Below, in pieces: positions 10,111-20,770 of a stretch of DNA of 64,000 bases. Below the pieces are notes generated by a model that was not told the DNA's origin, ran no database searches, and worked only from the letters and a program-made list of their open reading frames with translations. The DNA is from Verrucomicrobiia bacterium (lineage in GTDB: Bacteria > Verrucomicrobiota > Verrucomicrobiia > Limisphaerales > JADLHS01). The stretch's first letter is position 1, and each line of letters begins with the position of its first letter. The stretch lies in the NCBI GenBank assembly GCA_023953615.1, contig JAMLJH010000002.1:1318375-1382374 (forward strand), written 5' to 3'. Position numbers and translations under genes: made by a program.

Positions 10111-10212
10111 GAAGGCAGGATTACGAGCGAATGACGAACCATTTCGCCAAAATTTTTCACCGATTGAAAAATAGTTTACTTCGTATGGGCTCCAAAATAT
10201 AGTCCCGGCCGA

Positions 10213-10299
10213 GCCGATGTGGCGGAATTGGCAGACGCGCTAGACTCAAAATCTGGTACTCTCACGAGTGTGTGGGTTCGACCCCCTCCATCGGCACCA
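10213..10299 (+). tRNA. tRNA-Leu (anticodon CAA), type II with long variable arm, CCA encoded
   Basis: Acceptor GCCGATG / CATCGGC. Anticodon stem-loop CTAGA-CTCAAAA-TCTGG gives anticodon CAA. Variable arm ACTC-tcac-GAGT, T-loop TTCGACC (the T-stem has one U-U mismatch), 3' ACCA. Overall layout parallels E. coli tRNA-Leu. Confidence 0.8.
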
Positions 10300-10723
10300 C
10301 TCTTTAATTTTTCATTCATAACGATCACATCCCGGCTTTGACGAGCCGGATGGCTGTCATTCCGCCGAACTCAGCGTCACGAATTGACGTCAAGTCGCCG
10401 CAACCCCTTGGGGTGACGCTCCTGATCTCAAATTACGTCAGTATCCAACAACTCCCGAACGATTAAAATCCGTCGAACCGTGAATCGCGAGTCACATTTC
10501 CCTAATCCAGCGCGATGCGCTCGCCCCGATGAAAAGCCGGGGCCGAGCAAAAAAGTTATTGCGCATCCCGACAAAGCGTACACACTTACACAAAACATTC
10601 CGTTCATACCTGACGCGCTACTTGATGAAAAACATGATATGGAGTTTGGGGATCGGCGGCGGGAGTGGCACCCAATCGGAGGCCAAGCGGACATGTTGCC
10701 ACAAGCAACCGGAATCGAAGCTT

Positions 10724-11644
10724 ATGAATCAAACCTCATCCATTGACCTACAACCGCGAAGCTCGCGGCGCGACCGCGAATCCGGTTTCACCTTGATCGA
10801 GCTGTTGGTGGTGATCGCCATCATCGCCATTTTGGCGGCGATGTTGCTGCCAGCGCTAGCCAAGGCCAAAACCAAGGCGCAAGGCATCAGTTGCATGAAC
10901 AACACCAAACAGTTGATGCTGGCCAACCAAATGTATCAGGTGGACAACAACGACAATTTTCCCATGTCGTTTCATGGTGGTTTTAAGTATAATGACGCCT
11001 ATCCGGAAAACCGCCCATGGGTCACGGGTTGGCTGGATTGGAGCACTGCCACGGATAACACGAATACCATTTTTTTGTTGGACCCCAAGCACGCCTCGCT
11101 CGCCCGCTATTTTGGCAATCAAAAAAATGTTTACAAATGTCCGGCTGATAATTTTGCCAGCCCGCTCCAACGTCGCGTGGGCTGGAGTTCCCGCGTTCGG
11201 AGCGTTTCGGGTAACATTTACGTGGGGAAAGGAAACGCTTGGGCCACGGGACGGAACAACTCTTACACCCCTGGAGGTCCCAACAACCTGACGATTTACA
11301 AAGGCGCGGCCAAAGCCTCAGACTTGATTATTCCCGGACCGGCACAAACGTGGGTTTATATGGACGAGCATCCGGACAGCATCAATGACGCCGGCGCGTT
11401 TGCTCCCAACACCCCCACCAACATTCCCGATGCGCCAGCCACCTACCACAACGGTGCCGCTGGATTTTCCTTCGCTGATGGACACTCCGAAATTCATAAG
11501 TGGAAGGGGGGAACCATGAACGGCGATCTGAGGTCGGTTACGTACATCGCACGAAACGATTTTGCGACCAAGGCTGGTGATCCCGATCTCTATTGGTATT
11601 CCTTCCACAGCCCGAGGGCCAGCGCCAGAACCGTCGTGCCTTAA
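10724..11644 (+). CDS. Prepilin-type N-terminal cleavage/methylation domain protein, H-X9-DG (DUF1559) family
   Basis: [29 protein letters not shown] prepilin motif about 20 aa after the ATG at 10724. C-terminal [16 protein letters not shown] fits H-X9-DG exactly. The upstream extension to 10529 in the ORF track is unlikely to be translated. Confidence 0.8.
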   Translation: MNQTSSIDLQPRSSRRDRESGFTLIELLVVIAIIAILAAMLLPALAKAKTKAQGISCMNNTKQLMLANQMYQVDNNDNFPMSFHGGFKYNDAYPENRPWVTGWLDWSTATDNTNTIFLLDPKHASLARYFGNQKNVYKCPADNFASPLQRRVGWSSRVRSVSGNIYVGKGNAWATGRNNSYTPGGPNNLTIYKGAAKASDLIIPGPAQTWVYMDEHPDSINDAGAFAPNTPTNIPDAPATYHNGAAGFSFADGHSEIHKWKGGTMNGDLRSVTYIARNDFATKAGDPDLYWYSFHSPRASARTVVP

Positions 11645-11835
11645 GGCGGAACGATGCAGTGGTCCAGGTGGAACGGCCAACTTGGCCGTTCTGGGCGGCA
11701 ACCTGCCGCCCAGCCGAGCGCACGGAGATCGCACACCATTGGGTTCGCACACTTTGCGTTCGGCTGTCGGGCCGGTGGCCCGTTCCACCCAAACTCCAAT
11801 CGAACTGTTACGGGTTAGAGGCGGCATCCCTTCGG

Positions 11836-12933
11836 TTATACGTCCATTACCGGTCGGCGCTGCTGGCGGCGCCACCAGAACCAAAGCCCCAAACCCGCCG
11901 CCGCTCCGCCCAGGTGCGCCGTGGCGCCCACGTTGCTGAATCCACTCACCTGCAAAATCGCGGTGATCGTTTGTAACAACAACCAAAGTCCCAACGCCAC
12001 CCACGCGGGAAATTGCACCCAGCGAAAATAGAAAAAGTAGCGCAACAAAATCCCCAACCGGGCGCGCGGATATTGCAACGCGTAGAACACAATCACTCCC
12101 GAAATACCGCCGCTCGCGCCAATGCACGGAATCATCGAATGTGGGGTGATCAACCAATGCAGCGCGTCGCCCGCCAGCGTTGCCGCCAGCAGCAGCCCAG
12201 CGTAGCGGGGGCGCCCGAGATAATCCTCCACGTTGTCGCCAAAGATCAGCAGGAAATACAAATTCCCCACCAGGTGCAAAATGCCGCCGTGCAGAAAAAA
12301 GGACGTGAGCCACGTCAATCCGCCCAAACGCCACGCCTCAGCGGGGATGAACCCGTAGCGTTCGACGGCGGTGTCCAAATCGAAAAACGCGATGATGCTG
12401 ACCGCCGCAATGAACAGCGCGAGCAACCAGGTGAGCCACGGACGGCAGGACAGCGGGTTGATCTCGGATTCGACGGGAAAACCGAAGATGGCCGGGATCA
12501 TTTTCCAATTCTCATCCGGCGCATCATCCGTGACACCCTGCGGCTTCATGGCTTCCAACTTATGCGTGGCGAGAACCTCGATGCCGCGCAACCGTGCGGC
12601 GTCCGGCGATTCAATCGCGCTCTCGGGTAAAACTTCAAATTCCTCCGGATCAAACCAAATCACGCCGCAGCGTTTGCAGGAATCCAGTTCCAGCGGCGGA
12701 TCGTCCGAGAACACCCGGCGCATGGCGGCGGCGCAAAAGGGACATCGCACCTCACCCGGGACCGTGGGTTGATTGATGCGCCGCAGCAACGAAGTGGCAT
12801 AACGATCGCCCGCCACACGCCGGATTTGCGGCAGGGTGACGGCGCGACCGTTGCAAATCGGGCAAAGGTAAAACAAACCTTCGCGCTGGCGAATCGTTCG
12901 CAAACCAGTCCGGCAATGTGGGCAGAGCGGCAT
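11836..12933 (-). CDS. Rhomboid family intramembrane serine protease with N-terminal zinc-ribbon domains
   Basis: 365 aa. Two CxxC...CxxC zinc-ribbon units (CPHC...CPIC; CPFC...CKRC), then TM helices carrying HLVGNLYFLLIFGDNVE and GASGGISGV (rhomboid GxSG). Confidence 0.8.
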   Translation of the reverse strand: MPLCPHCRTGLRTIRQREGLFYLCPICNGRAVTLPQIRRVAGDRYATSLLRRINQPTVPGEVRCPFCAAAMRRVFSDDPPLELDSCKRCGVIWFDPEEFEVLPESAIESPDAARLRGIEVLATHKLEAMKPQGVTDDAPDENWKMIPAIFGFPVESEINPLSCRPWLTWLLALFIAAVSIIAFFDLDTAVERYGFIPAEAWRLGGLTWLTSFFLHGGILHLVGNLYFLLIFGDNVEDYLGRPRYAGLLLAATLAGDALHWLITPHSMIPCIGASGGISGVIVFYALQYPRARLGILLRYFFYFRWVQFPAWVALGLWLLLQTITAILQVSGFSNVGATAHLGGAAAGLGLWFWWRRQQRRPVMDV

Positions 12934-13069
12934 GGGCGCAATTTAGAAGATTTTGGCGGGAGTCCGCCAGTCATTCGTGGCGGGTGAAGCAGCGGGCGGC
13001 GGCGCGAGGCAAAAGTTCACGGGCATTTCAGTTTAACCATCACCGCGAGTCGGCTAAGGTGAGCGCGAC

Positions 13070-16018
13070 ATGCTGGCGAGACTCTGCTGCTTTTTGATGC
13101 TGGGCGCGATTGGTGCCGGAATGCTGGGCGCGCAAGACAAAGGATTTCCCGGGACGCATTGGGAATCGCGAACGCCGGAGCAAGTCGGCTTATCTATGGA
13201 GAAGCTCGACGCGCTCCAAGCGCTGGTCAAAGGTCGCGGTTGCGTGGTGCGTCACGGTTATCTGGTTTATTCGTGGGGCGATCAAAGCAAAAGCTCGGAC
13301 ATTGCTTCGGCGTTCAAACCGGTGTTGTCCACGTTGCTGCTTATGGCGGTGCAGGAAGGTCGGCTGAACAGCGTGGATGAACCGGTGGCCGAGTTCGAGC
13401 CGCGCCTCAAAACCATCAACGGCGGCAAGGACGCCCGACTCACCTGGCGACATCTGGCCTCGCAAACTTCCGGCTACGGTTTGATTGAACCGCCCGGCAC
13501 GGCGTACGCTTACAATGATTTTGCGCTGGCGCTGTATTACGCGACGCTGACGCAAAAAGTTTTTGGAACAAACGGCACCGAAGTGCTGCGGACGCACCTC
13601 GCCGAGCCGCTGCAATTCGAGGACGCCTACACCTTTAATGCTTTCCACCGCGCGGACCGGGAGGGCCGATTGGCAGTTTCCGTGCGCGACCTGGCGCGGA
13701 TCGGTTTCCTCTATCTGCACGGCGGGCAATGGCGCGGAATACAGTTGCTCGCGCCGGAGTTCGTCCAGATGGCCGTCAACAGCCCTATCCCGACGGACAC
13801 GCCGCTGACCAGCGGACGCGAGGCTGACATGTTACCCGGTCAACATTCGATTGGTGGCGGCAAAAACATCACGCCAATCGGACCGGGATATTACAGCTTC
13901 AACTGGTGGCTGAACCGAACGAACAAACTGGGGCAGCGCCTTTTTGCCGCCGCGCCGCCCGACACCTACGTGGCGGCGGGTCATGGCGGCAAGCGGATGT
14001 TGTGGGTGATTCCAAGCCTCGATTTGATCGTGTCGTGGAATGATTCGCCGATTGAAGATCACGACGCTTCGCCAAGCGATCCGAACGCGAAGATCAACCA
14101 AGCGGCGGCTTTGATGGCCGCGGCGGTGCTGGATCGGGATGAAACAAATCCCCCGCCAAAGACCCGGTTGGGCCTGCGTGGTGAGCGATTCACGATAAAT
14201 GATCAGCCGAGGTTCCTTTACGGCATCAGTTTTTACGGAGCGTTGGCCGCGCCGGAGAATAATCTGCGCGCTGACCTTGATGACATGCAACGGCTGGGCT
14301 TCAACTGGTTGCGCGTTTGGGCCAACTGGCAGGCATTTGGCGCGGCTGCTTCCGCGGTGGACGATCAAGGACAGCCAATTGCCGCCACCATGCAAAAATT
14401 AAAGTGGCTGGTAGCGGAGTGTGATCGGCGCGGTTTGATCGTGGACGTGAGCATTTCGCGCGGCGACGGCAAAAGAGAAACGTCGCCCTTGCTCACCCTT
14501 GAAGCGCATCGCCGCGCCGTGGAGAGCCTCACCATGGCTTTACGCCCCTGGCAAAATTGGTATCTCGATTTGAGCAACGAGCGCAACGTACCGGACGCGC
14601 GCTTCACGAGCGTTGCCGACTTGCGAATCCTGCGCGATGCAGCCAAGCAACTGGATCCAACGCTGCTCATCACCGCCTCCCATGCGGAGGATATTTCGTC
14701 CGCTCAACTCGAACAATATCTCCAAACCGCCCAACTGGACCTGCTCACCCCGCATCGTCCGCGCCGCGCCACTTCGCCCGACCAAACGGCTACCACCACA
14801 AAACAACTTCAAACTTGGATGCGAAAAATCAGTCGCATGGTGCCGGTGCATTATCAGGAACCGTTTCGACGTGGCTTCGGTAATTGGAATCCGCAAGCTG
14901 AAGATTTTGTCCGCGACTTGGAAGCGGCTCTAAACAGCGGTGCGGCCGGTTGGTGTTTTCACAACGGCACGGAAGGCGGGTCCCCAGACGGACAACCGCG
15001 ACGTTCCTTTGATCTGCGGGAACGGCGCTTGTTCGATCAACTCGACCCGGAAGAACGCAAAGCCGTCGAGCAAATGCGGACCGTCATCCAGGCCAATCAA
15101 CACACCAACCACACGAAACTCAGCATTAATAACGGCATGTGGCAGATCAACGGCGAGATCACCTATCGCGGCAGTCAGGCGGAAGGCTTGTTAATGAACG
15201 TACGCATGGTGAACGCGGGATTTGAAGATGCGCAGCGGCCCGGGTTCGATCCGGAAGCGAACGCAGACAAGTTCATCGCGCGGCTTCCCGATTATGTGGC
15301 CAGCGGGGTCCGGGCGTTCACGTTGAATTTGCAAGGCGGCCATCCGGGGTACGAAGGCGCGGTCCACTCCGCATTCAACCCGGACGGTTCGCTGCGTTCG
15401 TCCTGCCTGGAGCGGGTGCGCCGGATCATTCAAGCGTGCGATCAGCACGGCGCGGCGGTCATTCTCGGTTGCTTCTATCAACGCCAGGATCAGTTGCTGC
15501 GGGACGACGAGGCGGTGCGCGCGGGCGTCAGCAACGTCGTGAATTGGATTGCCGCCAGCGGTTTCGCGAATGTCGCGCTGGAAATTGCCAACGAGTACGG
15601 TCATCGCGGTTTCGATCATGGCGTGCTCAAGAGCACGGACGGTCAGGTGGAATTGATTCAGCTCGCCAAACGGTTGGCGCCGAATTTACTCGTGTCCACG
15701 AGCGACCAAGGGAACGGTAAAATTCCCGATGCCATTGCCGCAGCCAGCGATTTTATTCTGATTCATTTCAATAGCACTTCCGTAACCCACTACTCCGCAC
15801 GGATCACGGCGTTAAAGAGGTTCGGCAAACCAATCGTGTGCAATGAAGATGACAAGACCGGCGCGCGCGGCGCGGCGGCCGCCCGGGCGTGCGTGGCGCA
15901 TCAAGCGTCCTGGGGACTGATGCTGGAATCACTGAACCAAAGTTTCCCCTTCACGTTCAACGGTCCGGTGGACGATCCGATCGTTTACCACACATTGCGG
16001 GAGTTGACCCAACCTTGA
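13070..16018 (+). CDS. Multidomain secreted protein: beta-lactamase-fold serine hydrolase fused to two GH5-like TIM-barrel modules
   Basis: 982 aa with a signal peptide. The N-terminal part has an SxxK motif (SAFK) in a beta-lactamase-like context. Two later segments each carry a glycoside-hydrolase-like Asn-Glu motif (LDLSNERNVPD; ALEIANEYGH). Confidence 0.5.
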   Translation: MLARLCCFLMLGAIGAGMLGAQDKGFPGTHWESRTPEQVGLSMEKLDALQALVKGRGCVVRHGYLVYSWGDQSKSSDIASAFKPVLSTLLLMAVQEGRLNSVDEPVAEFEPRLKTINGGKDARLTWRHLASQTSGYGLIEPPGTAYAYNDFALALYYATLTQKVFGTNGTEVLRTHLAEPLQFEDAYTFNAFHRADREGRLAVSVRDLARIGFLYLHGGQWRGIQLLAPEFVQMAVNSPIPTDTPLTSGREADMLPGQHSIGGGKNITPIGPGYYSFNWWLNRTNKLGQRLFAAAPPDTYVAAGHGGKRMLWVIPSLDLIVSWNDSPIEDHDASPSDPNAKINQAAALMAAAVLDRDETNPPPKTRLGLRGERFTINDQPRFLYGISFYGALAAPENNLRADLDDMQRLGFNWLRVWANWQAFGAAASAVDDQGQPIAATMQKLKWLVAECDRRGLIVDVSISRGDGKRETSPLLTLEAHRRAVESLTMALRPWQNWYLDLSNERNVPDARFTSVADLRILRDAAKQLDPTLLITASHAEDISSAQLEQYLQTAQLDLLTPHRPRRATSPDQTATTTKQLQTWMRKISRMVPVHYQEPFRRGFGNWNPQAEDFVRDLEAALNSGAAGWCFHNGTEGGSPDGQPRRSFDLRERRLFDQLDPEERKAVEQMRTVIQANQHTNHTKLSINNGMWQINGEITYRGSQAEGLLMNVRMVNAGFEDAQRPGFDPEANADKFIARLPDYVASGVRAFTLNLQGGHPGYEGAVHSAFNPDGSLRSSCLERVRRIIQACDQHGAAVILGCFYQRQDQLLRDDEAVRAGVSNVVNWIAASGFANVALEIANEYGHRGFDHGVLKSTDGQVELIQLAKRLAPNLLVSTSDQGNGKIPDAIAAASDFILIHFNSTSVTHYSARITALKRFGKPIVCNEDDKTGARGAAAARACVAHQASWGLMLESLNQSFPFTFNGPVDDPIVYHTLRELTQP

Positions 16019-16070
16019 AGCCGCCAAGCGACCTGACGTTTCCCGGCGCCGATAAAATCCGATAGGGAAC

Positions 16071-17720
16071 TCAGTGCGATGAAGCGGAAGGATTGCGCGC
16101 GAGGAGCAGTCGCGTCACGGCCGGCGGCGTTGACTCGACGTGAAAGGCCATGACGCGATTGCGAATTTCGTGATCCGCCACCGTAAACCGTTCAATCTGC
16201 CGCTGCCGATCCAGCCACGATTCCACCACGTAAGTTTCGACATACCGCGCCGGATCAAACGGGTCGTGGAACAAATCCCACCGCGCCGCGCCGTCACGGC
16301 GGCGCACCCGGCCCAATTCGTACGCGGCCTGGATGAATTCCGCCGCCCGCGTCGGATCAATGCGAAAAGTCACGCTGATCAACACCGGGCCGTCTTCGGG
16401 ATTCGGCTCAATCATGACTTGCGGTGCGGCGCGACTCAACGCATGTGCCAGACGTCCGGGAGACAAATTCAAATTCGTGTCCGCCGTCAGCGGAAAACGG
16501 CGCGTCAAAGTCAGACCGGCGGCCAGTCCCGCTGCCGCCAACGTCAGCGCAAGCGGCGTGCTGGTATGTTCCGCCACCGCGCCCCAAACCGCGCTGCCCA
16601 GCGCCATGCCACCTTGAAAAACCATTTGGTAGAGGCCGAGTGAACGCGCCTGCACCCAGGCCGGCACTGAGAGTTGCACGGAGACATTGAGACTGGAAGT
16701 TGTGCTCGTCCAAGCCATTCCGCCCAGAAAGAGCGCGGGCAGAAGCACCCAGAACAACGGCAGCCAGGCCATGATGAGCAGCGTGACCATGAACGCGAAA
16801 GCCGCGGCAGTGACAATCCCATCGGCAGACCAGCGATGGCGGATATGCGATTGCAACAACGCCCCCACCACCGCGCCCACGCCGATGCACCCCATGAGAA
16901 TGCCGTAGCCCCAGGCGCCGCGCTGCACGCTTTCCTGCGCCACCACCACCAGCAACGCCCACATGCTGCTGACGCAAAACGTCTGCAAAAACGCGCGCAC
17001 CATCACGGCGCGCATGGCCGGAGCAAACCGGGTGTAACGCAGGCCGCTGCGCATTGAACCCAACAACCGCTCCGCCGGCAGCGCGCTGGTGAACCACGGC
17101 GTGCGTTTCCAGCGGTAGATGAAAATCAGCACCGCGAAAAAGGAGGCGGCGTTAATGGCGAAGACCAGGCTCGCCCCCATCAGCACGGAAGCAAAACCCG
17201 CCACGCACAAACCGCCCAAGGCCGGGCCGACGGCGCGGGCGACATTGAAGGCCGCGCTGTTCAGCGCGATGGCTTCGGGCAATTCCTGGCGCGGCACCAA
17301 TTCCGGCACGATCGCCTGCCAGGTGGGCGCGTTCATCGCCGTCCCCACATTCAACAAAAAAGTCAGCAGCAACAACGACCAGGCCGCCATCCAGCCGTTC
17401 AGAGTCAAAACACTGAGTACCACCGCCACCACGAACATCCAGCCGCCCCAGAACAACAGCAGCCGGCGGCGATCCAGCAAATCCGCCGTGGCGCCGGCCG
17501 GCAGACCGAGCAACAGAACCGGCAAGCTGGCGGCGGTTTGCATCGAAGCGAGCAAAAACGGCGAGGTCGTCAACGCCGTCATCAACCACGCGCCCGCCGT
17601 ATCCTGCATCCAACTGCCGATGTTGGAGATGGCCGACGCGATCAGCCGATTGCGAAACAAAGGCCGGCGCAGCGGTTGCCAGATGGAATCCGCCGGTTTG
17701 GTGGGGTCGGAAGCCGTCAT
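16071..17720 (-). CDS. MFS transporter (MFS_3 / EntS-like) with ~100-aa soluble C-terminal extension
   Basis: 549 aa. N-terminus LFRNRLIASAISNIGSWMQDTAGAWLM is typical of the family, followed by 12 or more hydrophobic helices. The C-terminal tail PVLISVTFRIDPTRAAEFIQAAYEL...VESWLDRQRQIERFT looks like a ferredoxin-fold (ABM/Dabb-like) domain. Confidence 0.7.
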   Translation of the reverse strand: MTASDPTKPADSIWQPLRRPLFRNRLIASAISNIGSWMQDTAGAWLMTALTTSPFLLASMQTAASLPVLLLGLPAGATADLLDRRRLLLFWGGWMFVVAVVLSVLTLNGWMAAWSLLLLTFLLNVGTAMNAPTWQAIVPELVPRQELPEAIALNSAAFNVARAVGPALGGLCVAGFASVLMGASLVFAINAASFFAVLIFIYRWKRTPWFTSALPAERLLGSMRSGLRYTRFAPAMRAVMVRAFLQTFCVSSMWALLVVVAQESVQRGAWGYGILMGCIGVGAVVGALLQSHIRHRWSADGIVTAAAFAFMVTLLIMAWLPLFWVLLPALFLGGMAWTSTTSSLNVSVQLSVPAWVQARSLGLYQMVFQGGMALGSAVWGAVAEHTSTPLALTLAAAGLAAGLTLTRRFPLTADTNLNLSPGRLAHALSRAAPQVMIEPNPEDGPVLISVTFRIDPTRAAEFIQAAYELGRVRRRDGAARWDLFHDPFDPARYVETYVVESWLDRQRQIERFTVADHEIRNRVMAFHVESTPPAVTRLLLARNPSASSH

Positions 17721-17820
17721 GCGCGCGCAACGGGACGCAACGAGCCGACGTTCCCCTCAAGCATACGACCCGGCTGAAAATTCAAGGGGTGAGCTTCCTG
17801 ATTCATGGCCAGACGCAACA

Positions 17821-18546
17821 TCAGGCACTCTCCCCCAAATTTCTTTGCAGCAACTGCCGTAAGCGCATCGGAGATAAGACGGTGATATTCCTGCCTTTGA
17901 CAACCACCAGTTTTTGCTCGCGCAATTTGGCGAAGGTGCGGGACAACGTCTCGCTGATCGTGCCCAGTTCGCCAGCCAACATGCGCTTGGTCATTGTCAA
18001 CACAATGCGAACGGGTTGATCGTCCGTCGGCGACAAGCAGCGTTTCAACAGCCAGTTGGCCAGACGGGTTTCCACATCTTTCAACGCCAGGTCCTCCAAC
18101 TGGCCGATCAGCGCGCGCAGATGATTGCCCATGGATCCCAGCAGACTCAAAACAAGTTCCGGTTGCTGCGCCAGCAAATCGAGAATGCCCTCCTTGCGGA
18201 TGAGCAAAACCTGGGAGGATTCGAGCGCGCGCGCGTTGGCGTGGCAACCCTTCGGCGAGGCGAGCGTGGCTTCGGCAAAGGAATCGCCCGCGTGAAAGAT
18301 GCGAATCACCTGCTCCTGCCGCAACGCGTTCACCCGATGAATGCTGATCGTGCCGCTTTGCACCACGTAAAATCCGGCGGAGGGATCGCCCTCACGAAAC
18401 AAATACTCGCCCTTGGCCAGCGGCATGGCAACGGTCAACGCCGCGATGGCTTCCAAATCAGCCCCCGGCAAACCGCGAAAAAGCTGACAGCTCCGCAGCG
18501 TGTTAATAACGGCGGTCGCTCGCAATTCTGCCAATGAAGCGGACAT
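17821..18546 (-). CDS. Crp/Fnr family transcriptional regulator
   Basis: cNMP-binding domain (LFRGLPGADLEAIAAL...GEYLFREGDPSAGFYVVQSGTISIHR) and a C-terminal HTH (MTKRMLAGELGTISETLSRTFAKLRE). The ATG at 18546 is preferred; the ORF-track start is 18597. Confidence 0.75.
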   Translation of the reverse strand: MSASLAELRATAVINTLRSCQLFRGLPGADLEAIAALTVAMPLAKGEYLFREGDPSAGFYVVQSGTISIHRVNALRQEQVIRIFHAGDSFAEATLASPKGCHANARALESSQVLLIRKEGILDLLAQQPELVLSLLGSMGNHLRALIGQLEDLALKDVETRLANWLLKRCLSPTDDQPVRIVLTMTKRMLAGELGTISETLSRTFAKLREQKLVVVKGRNITVLSPMRLRQLLQRNLGESA

Positions 18547-18619
18547 GACCCCGCCAGCATAGCCAGCCGGAGCTGAAAAGGAAACCAGCCAATCCACCGG
18601 GAAGGTTGGGTTTGAGTTT

Positions 18620-18643
18620 CCATCCGTCTTTTGCTACGGATGG
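18620..18643. promoter_or_regulatory. Perfect 8-bp inverted repeat CCATCCGT-N8-ACGGATGG in a divergent promoter region
   Basis: Lies between the crp/fnr-like gene (minus strand) and the small membrane protein gene (plus strand, ATG 18657). It could be an operator or a 5'-UTR hairpin. Confidence 0.3.
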
Positions 18644-18656
18644 AGCGGAGTTGAAG

Positions 18657-19025
18657 ATGACCTACCAAACTTTGAAAGTGTTGCACCTGATTGGTCTGGC
18701 CCTGACGTTCATGGGGCTGGCCGGGGTGTTGGCGGTTAAAATGAGCGGCGCAAAATCGCCCCGGCAACGGCTGTTTTTCATCGCGCACGGAATCGGGCTG
18801 CTGTTGCTTCTGGGCACGGGCGTGGCGCTGGTGTTTCAATTGCAACTCATGGGGACAACCCACACTTTGCCGGGTTGGGTGCAGGGGAAATTGGTCATTT
18901 GGTTGTTGGCGGGTGGGGCCATCTCGATGGCGGCGCGCTTGAGTCGTTACGCGGAACTGGTGTTCCTATTTTTTGTGCTGCTGGTCGCGCTCGCGGCCTG
19001 GCTCACTTTGTTCAAACCGTTTTAA
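18657..19025 (+). CDS. Small integral membrane protein (about 4 TM helices), function unknown
   Basis: MTYQTLKVLHLIGLALTFMGLAGVLAV..., with four hydrophobic segments. The ATG at 18657 is in frame with the ORF-track entry 18606..19025. Confidence 0.5.
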   Translation: MTYQTLKVLHLIGLALTFMGLAGVLAVKMSGAKSPRQRLFFIAHGIGLLLLLGTGVALVFQLQLMGTTHTLPGWVQGKLVIWLLAGGAISMAARLSRYAELVFLFFVLLVALAAWLTLFKPF

Positions 19026-19225
19026 TTGCCGCGTTCACTTCGACCGAAACGTCCGCGCCAACTTCAGTTCATCGCGGTGAATCAAATCGGATGGCATCCG
19101 GCGGCAACGCTCAACGCTCAAAAGAAACGTGCAACCGACCGCGCGTTTTTCTATGGTGAGGCGGCTTTGATTTCTCCAAACCGAATTGGACATGACAATT
19201 TTTCCTTCAATCACTGGGTGACGAA

Positions 19226-20428
19226 ATGCCGAACGTGCGCACGATTAAAGATGTGAAATCCGACCGACCCATACCCGACTGGGATCCCACTTCACCCGCG
19301 GTGCAACGCGATCAACGCGCCGCGTTTGATGACCTGCGGCGGCGGTGTCCGGTCGCCTACAGCGAATTGCTCGGCTGGTCGTTGTTCCGCCATGAAGACG
19401 TGCAACGAGTTTTGTTGGACCCGAAAACCTTCAGCAACGCGGTGTCGCAGCACCTCTCCGTGCCGAACAGCATGGACCCGCCCGAACACACGCCGTATCG
19501 CCGCATCATCGAACACTACTTTTCCTCCGGTCAAATGACGTGCTTCGAGCCTGTCTGTCGCCGCATCGCCGCCCGATTGGCCAAGAAATTGACGCAGCAA
19601 AAGGAAGTGGAATTTGTCACGGCGGTGGCGTTGCCGTTCGCGGTGCAGGCTCAGTGCGCATTTCTCGGTTGGCCGGCGGCGCTGCACGAGCCGCTGGTGC
19701 GGTGGACGCGCCGCAACCAGGAAGCGACCCGCGCCCAAGACCGCAAAGCCATGTCCGAAATTGCGCGGGAGTTTGAAGAAGTCATTGACGACTTGTTGGA
19801 AACCCGACTGGAGGCCGACGCCGGTCCGGAAACCGATCTGACCGCTTCGCTCATGCACGAAAAAGTTTGGCAACGCACCTTGAGCAACGAAGAAGTGGCG
19901 AGCATTCTGCGCAACTGGACGGTCGGCGAGATCGGTTCGATTTCGGCCTCCGTCGGAATTCTGGCGCACTTCCTGGCGATTCAACCCAAGGTGGAAGCGC
20001 AGTTGCGCGCGCAACCGGATTTGATCCCGGCGGCGGTCGAGGAAATTTTACGAATTCACGGACCGCTGGTGGCCAACCGGCGCATCACGAAGCGACCGGT
20101 TGAAATTGGCGGTCGCAAAATTCCCGCTGGAGAGCGGATTACGGTGATCTGGGTTTCCGCCAATCGTGACGAGCAAGTATTTCCCGAGCCTGACACGTTT
20201 CGCCTGGATCGCGACATGAGCAAGAACTTGCTCTGGGGCGCGGGCGTGCATGTCTGTCCAGGCGCACCGTTGGCTCGTCTCGAGTTGAGAGTATTTCTGG
20301 AAGAACTGTTCGCTGCGACCAGCCGCATCCGGGTGGCGGCGAACAAAACTCCGAAGCTCGCGGTTTATCCGGCCAGCGGCTTCGCGACGTTGCCACTCTG
20401 CGCGGACGGATCGCCCGCCGCCGTTTAA
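19226..20428 (+). CDS. Cytochrome P450
   Basis: 400 aa. Heme-thiolate loop LWGAGVHVCPGAPLARLE and K-helix ExxR (EEILR). Confidence 0.85.
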   Translation: MPNVRTIKDVKSDRPIPDWDPTSPAVQRDQRAAFDDLRRRCPVAYSELLGWSLFRHEDVQRVLLDPKTFSNAVSQHLSVPNSMDPPEHTPYRRIIEHYFSSGQMTCFEPVCRRIAARLAKKLTQQKEVEFVTAVALPFAVQAQCAFLGWPAALHEPLVRWTRRNQEATRAQDRKAMSEIAREFEEVIDDLLETRLEADAGPETDLTASLMHEKVWQRTLSNEEVASILRNWTVGEIGSISASVGILAHFLAIQPKVEAQLRAQPDLIPAAVEEILRIHGPLVANRRITKRPVEIGGRKIPAGERITVIWVSANRDEQVFPEPDTFRLDRDMSKNLLWGAGVHVCPGAPLARLELRVFLEELFAATSRIRVAANKTPKLAVYPASGFATLPLCADGSPAAV

Positions 20429-20685
20429 CGACAGCCTTCCATTTCCTTGATGAAATAACCCTGCTGTTGCACGGATCGTTGGATGGCTTCAGAAGCGGAT
20501 TCAACGTGGCAGAACTGACATTCCTTGGTCGTCAGCGGCTGACCTTCCTGTCCAATGCTTTTCAGGAATTCACGACCAAAATCCAGCACGCGCTCCGGCG
20601 TTTCGTCCGTCGGCACCACCACATCGAAATGCGCAGTGACTCCGTTCTTTTTCACCACGTAGGTATCGTAAACAGCTACTTTCAT
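20425..20685 (-). CDS. DUF2024 family protein
   Basis: 86 aa. MKVAVYDTYVVKKNG...HFDVVVP...ECQFCH...GYFIKEMEGC matches my recollection of the DUF2024 family (small alpha/beta protein, xVYDTYV ... YFIxKMEGC). Its stop overlaps the P450 stop region (convergent genes). Confidence 0.6.
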   Translation of the reverse strand: MKVAVYDTYVVKKNGVTAHFDVVVPTDETPERVLDFGREFLKSIGQEGQPLTTKECQFCHVESASEAIQRSVQQQGYFIKEMEGCR

Positions 20686-20770
20686 AATTAAAATTTCACT
20701 TCGCGCTCCGGCGTGTTGAATCGAAATCCATTCAACCTCTCGTCAGAATCGCAAGCCGGGTGATCCGAGT

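Noticed and set aside
10300-10345. Rho-independent terminator after tRNA-Leu (CCGGCT-ttgacg-AGCCGG)
   Set aside because: The stem is only 6 bp and there is no downstream T-tract, so it is not convincing.
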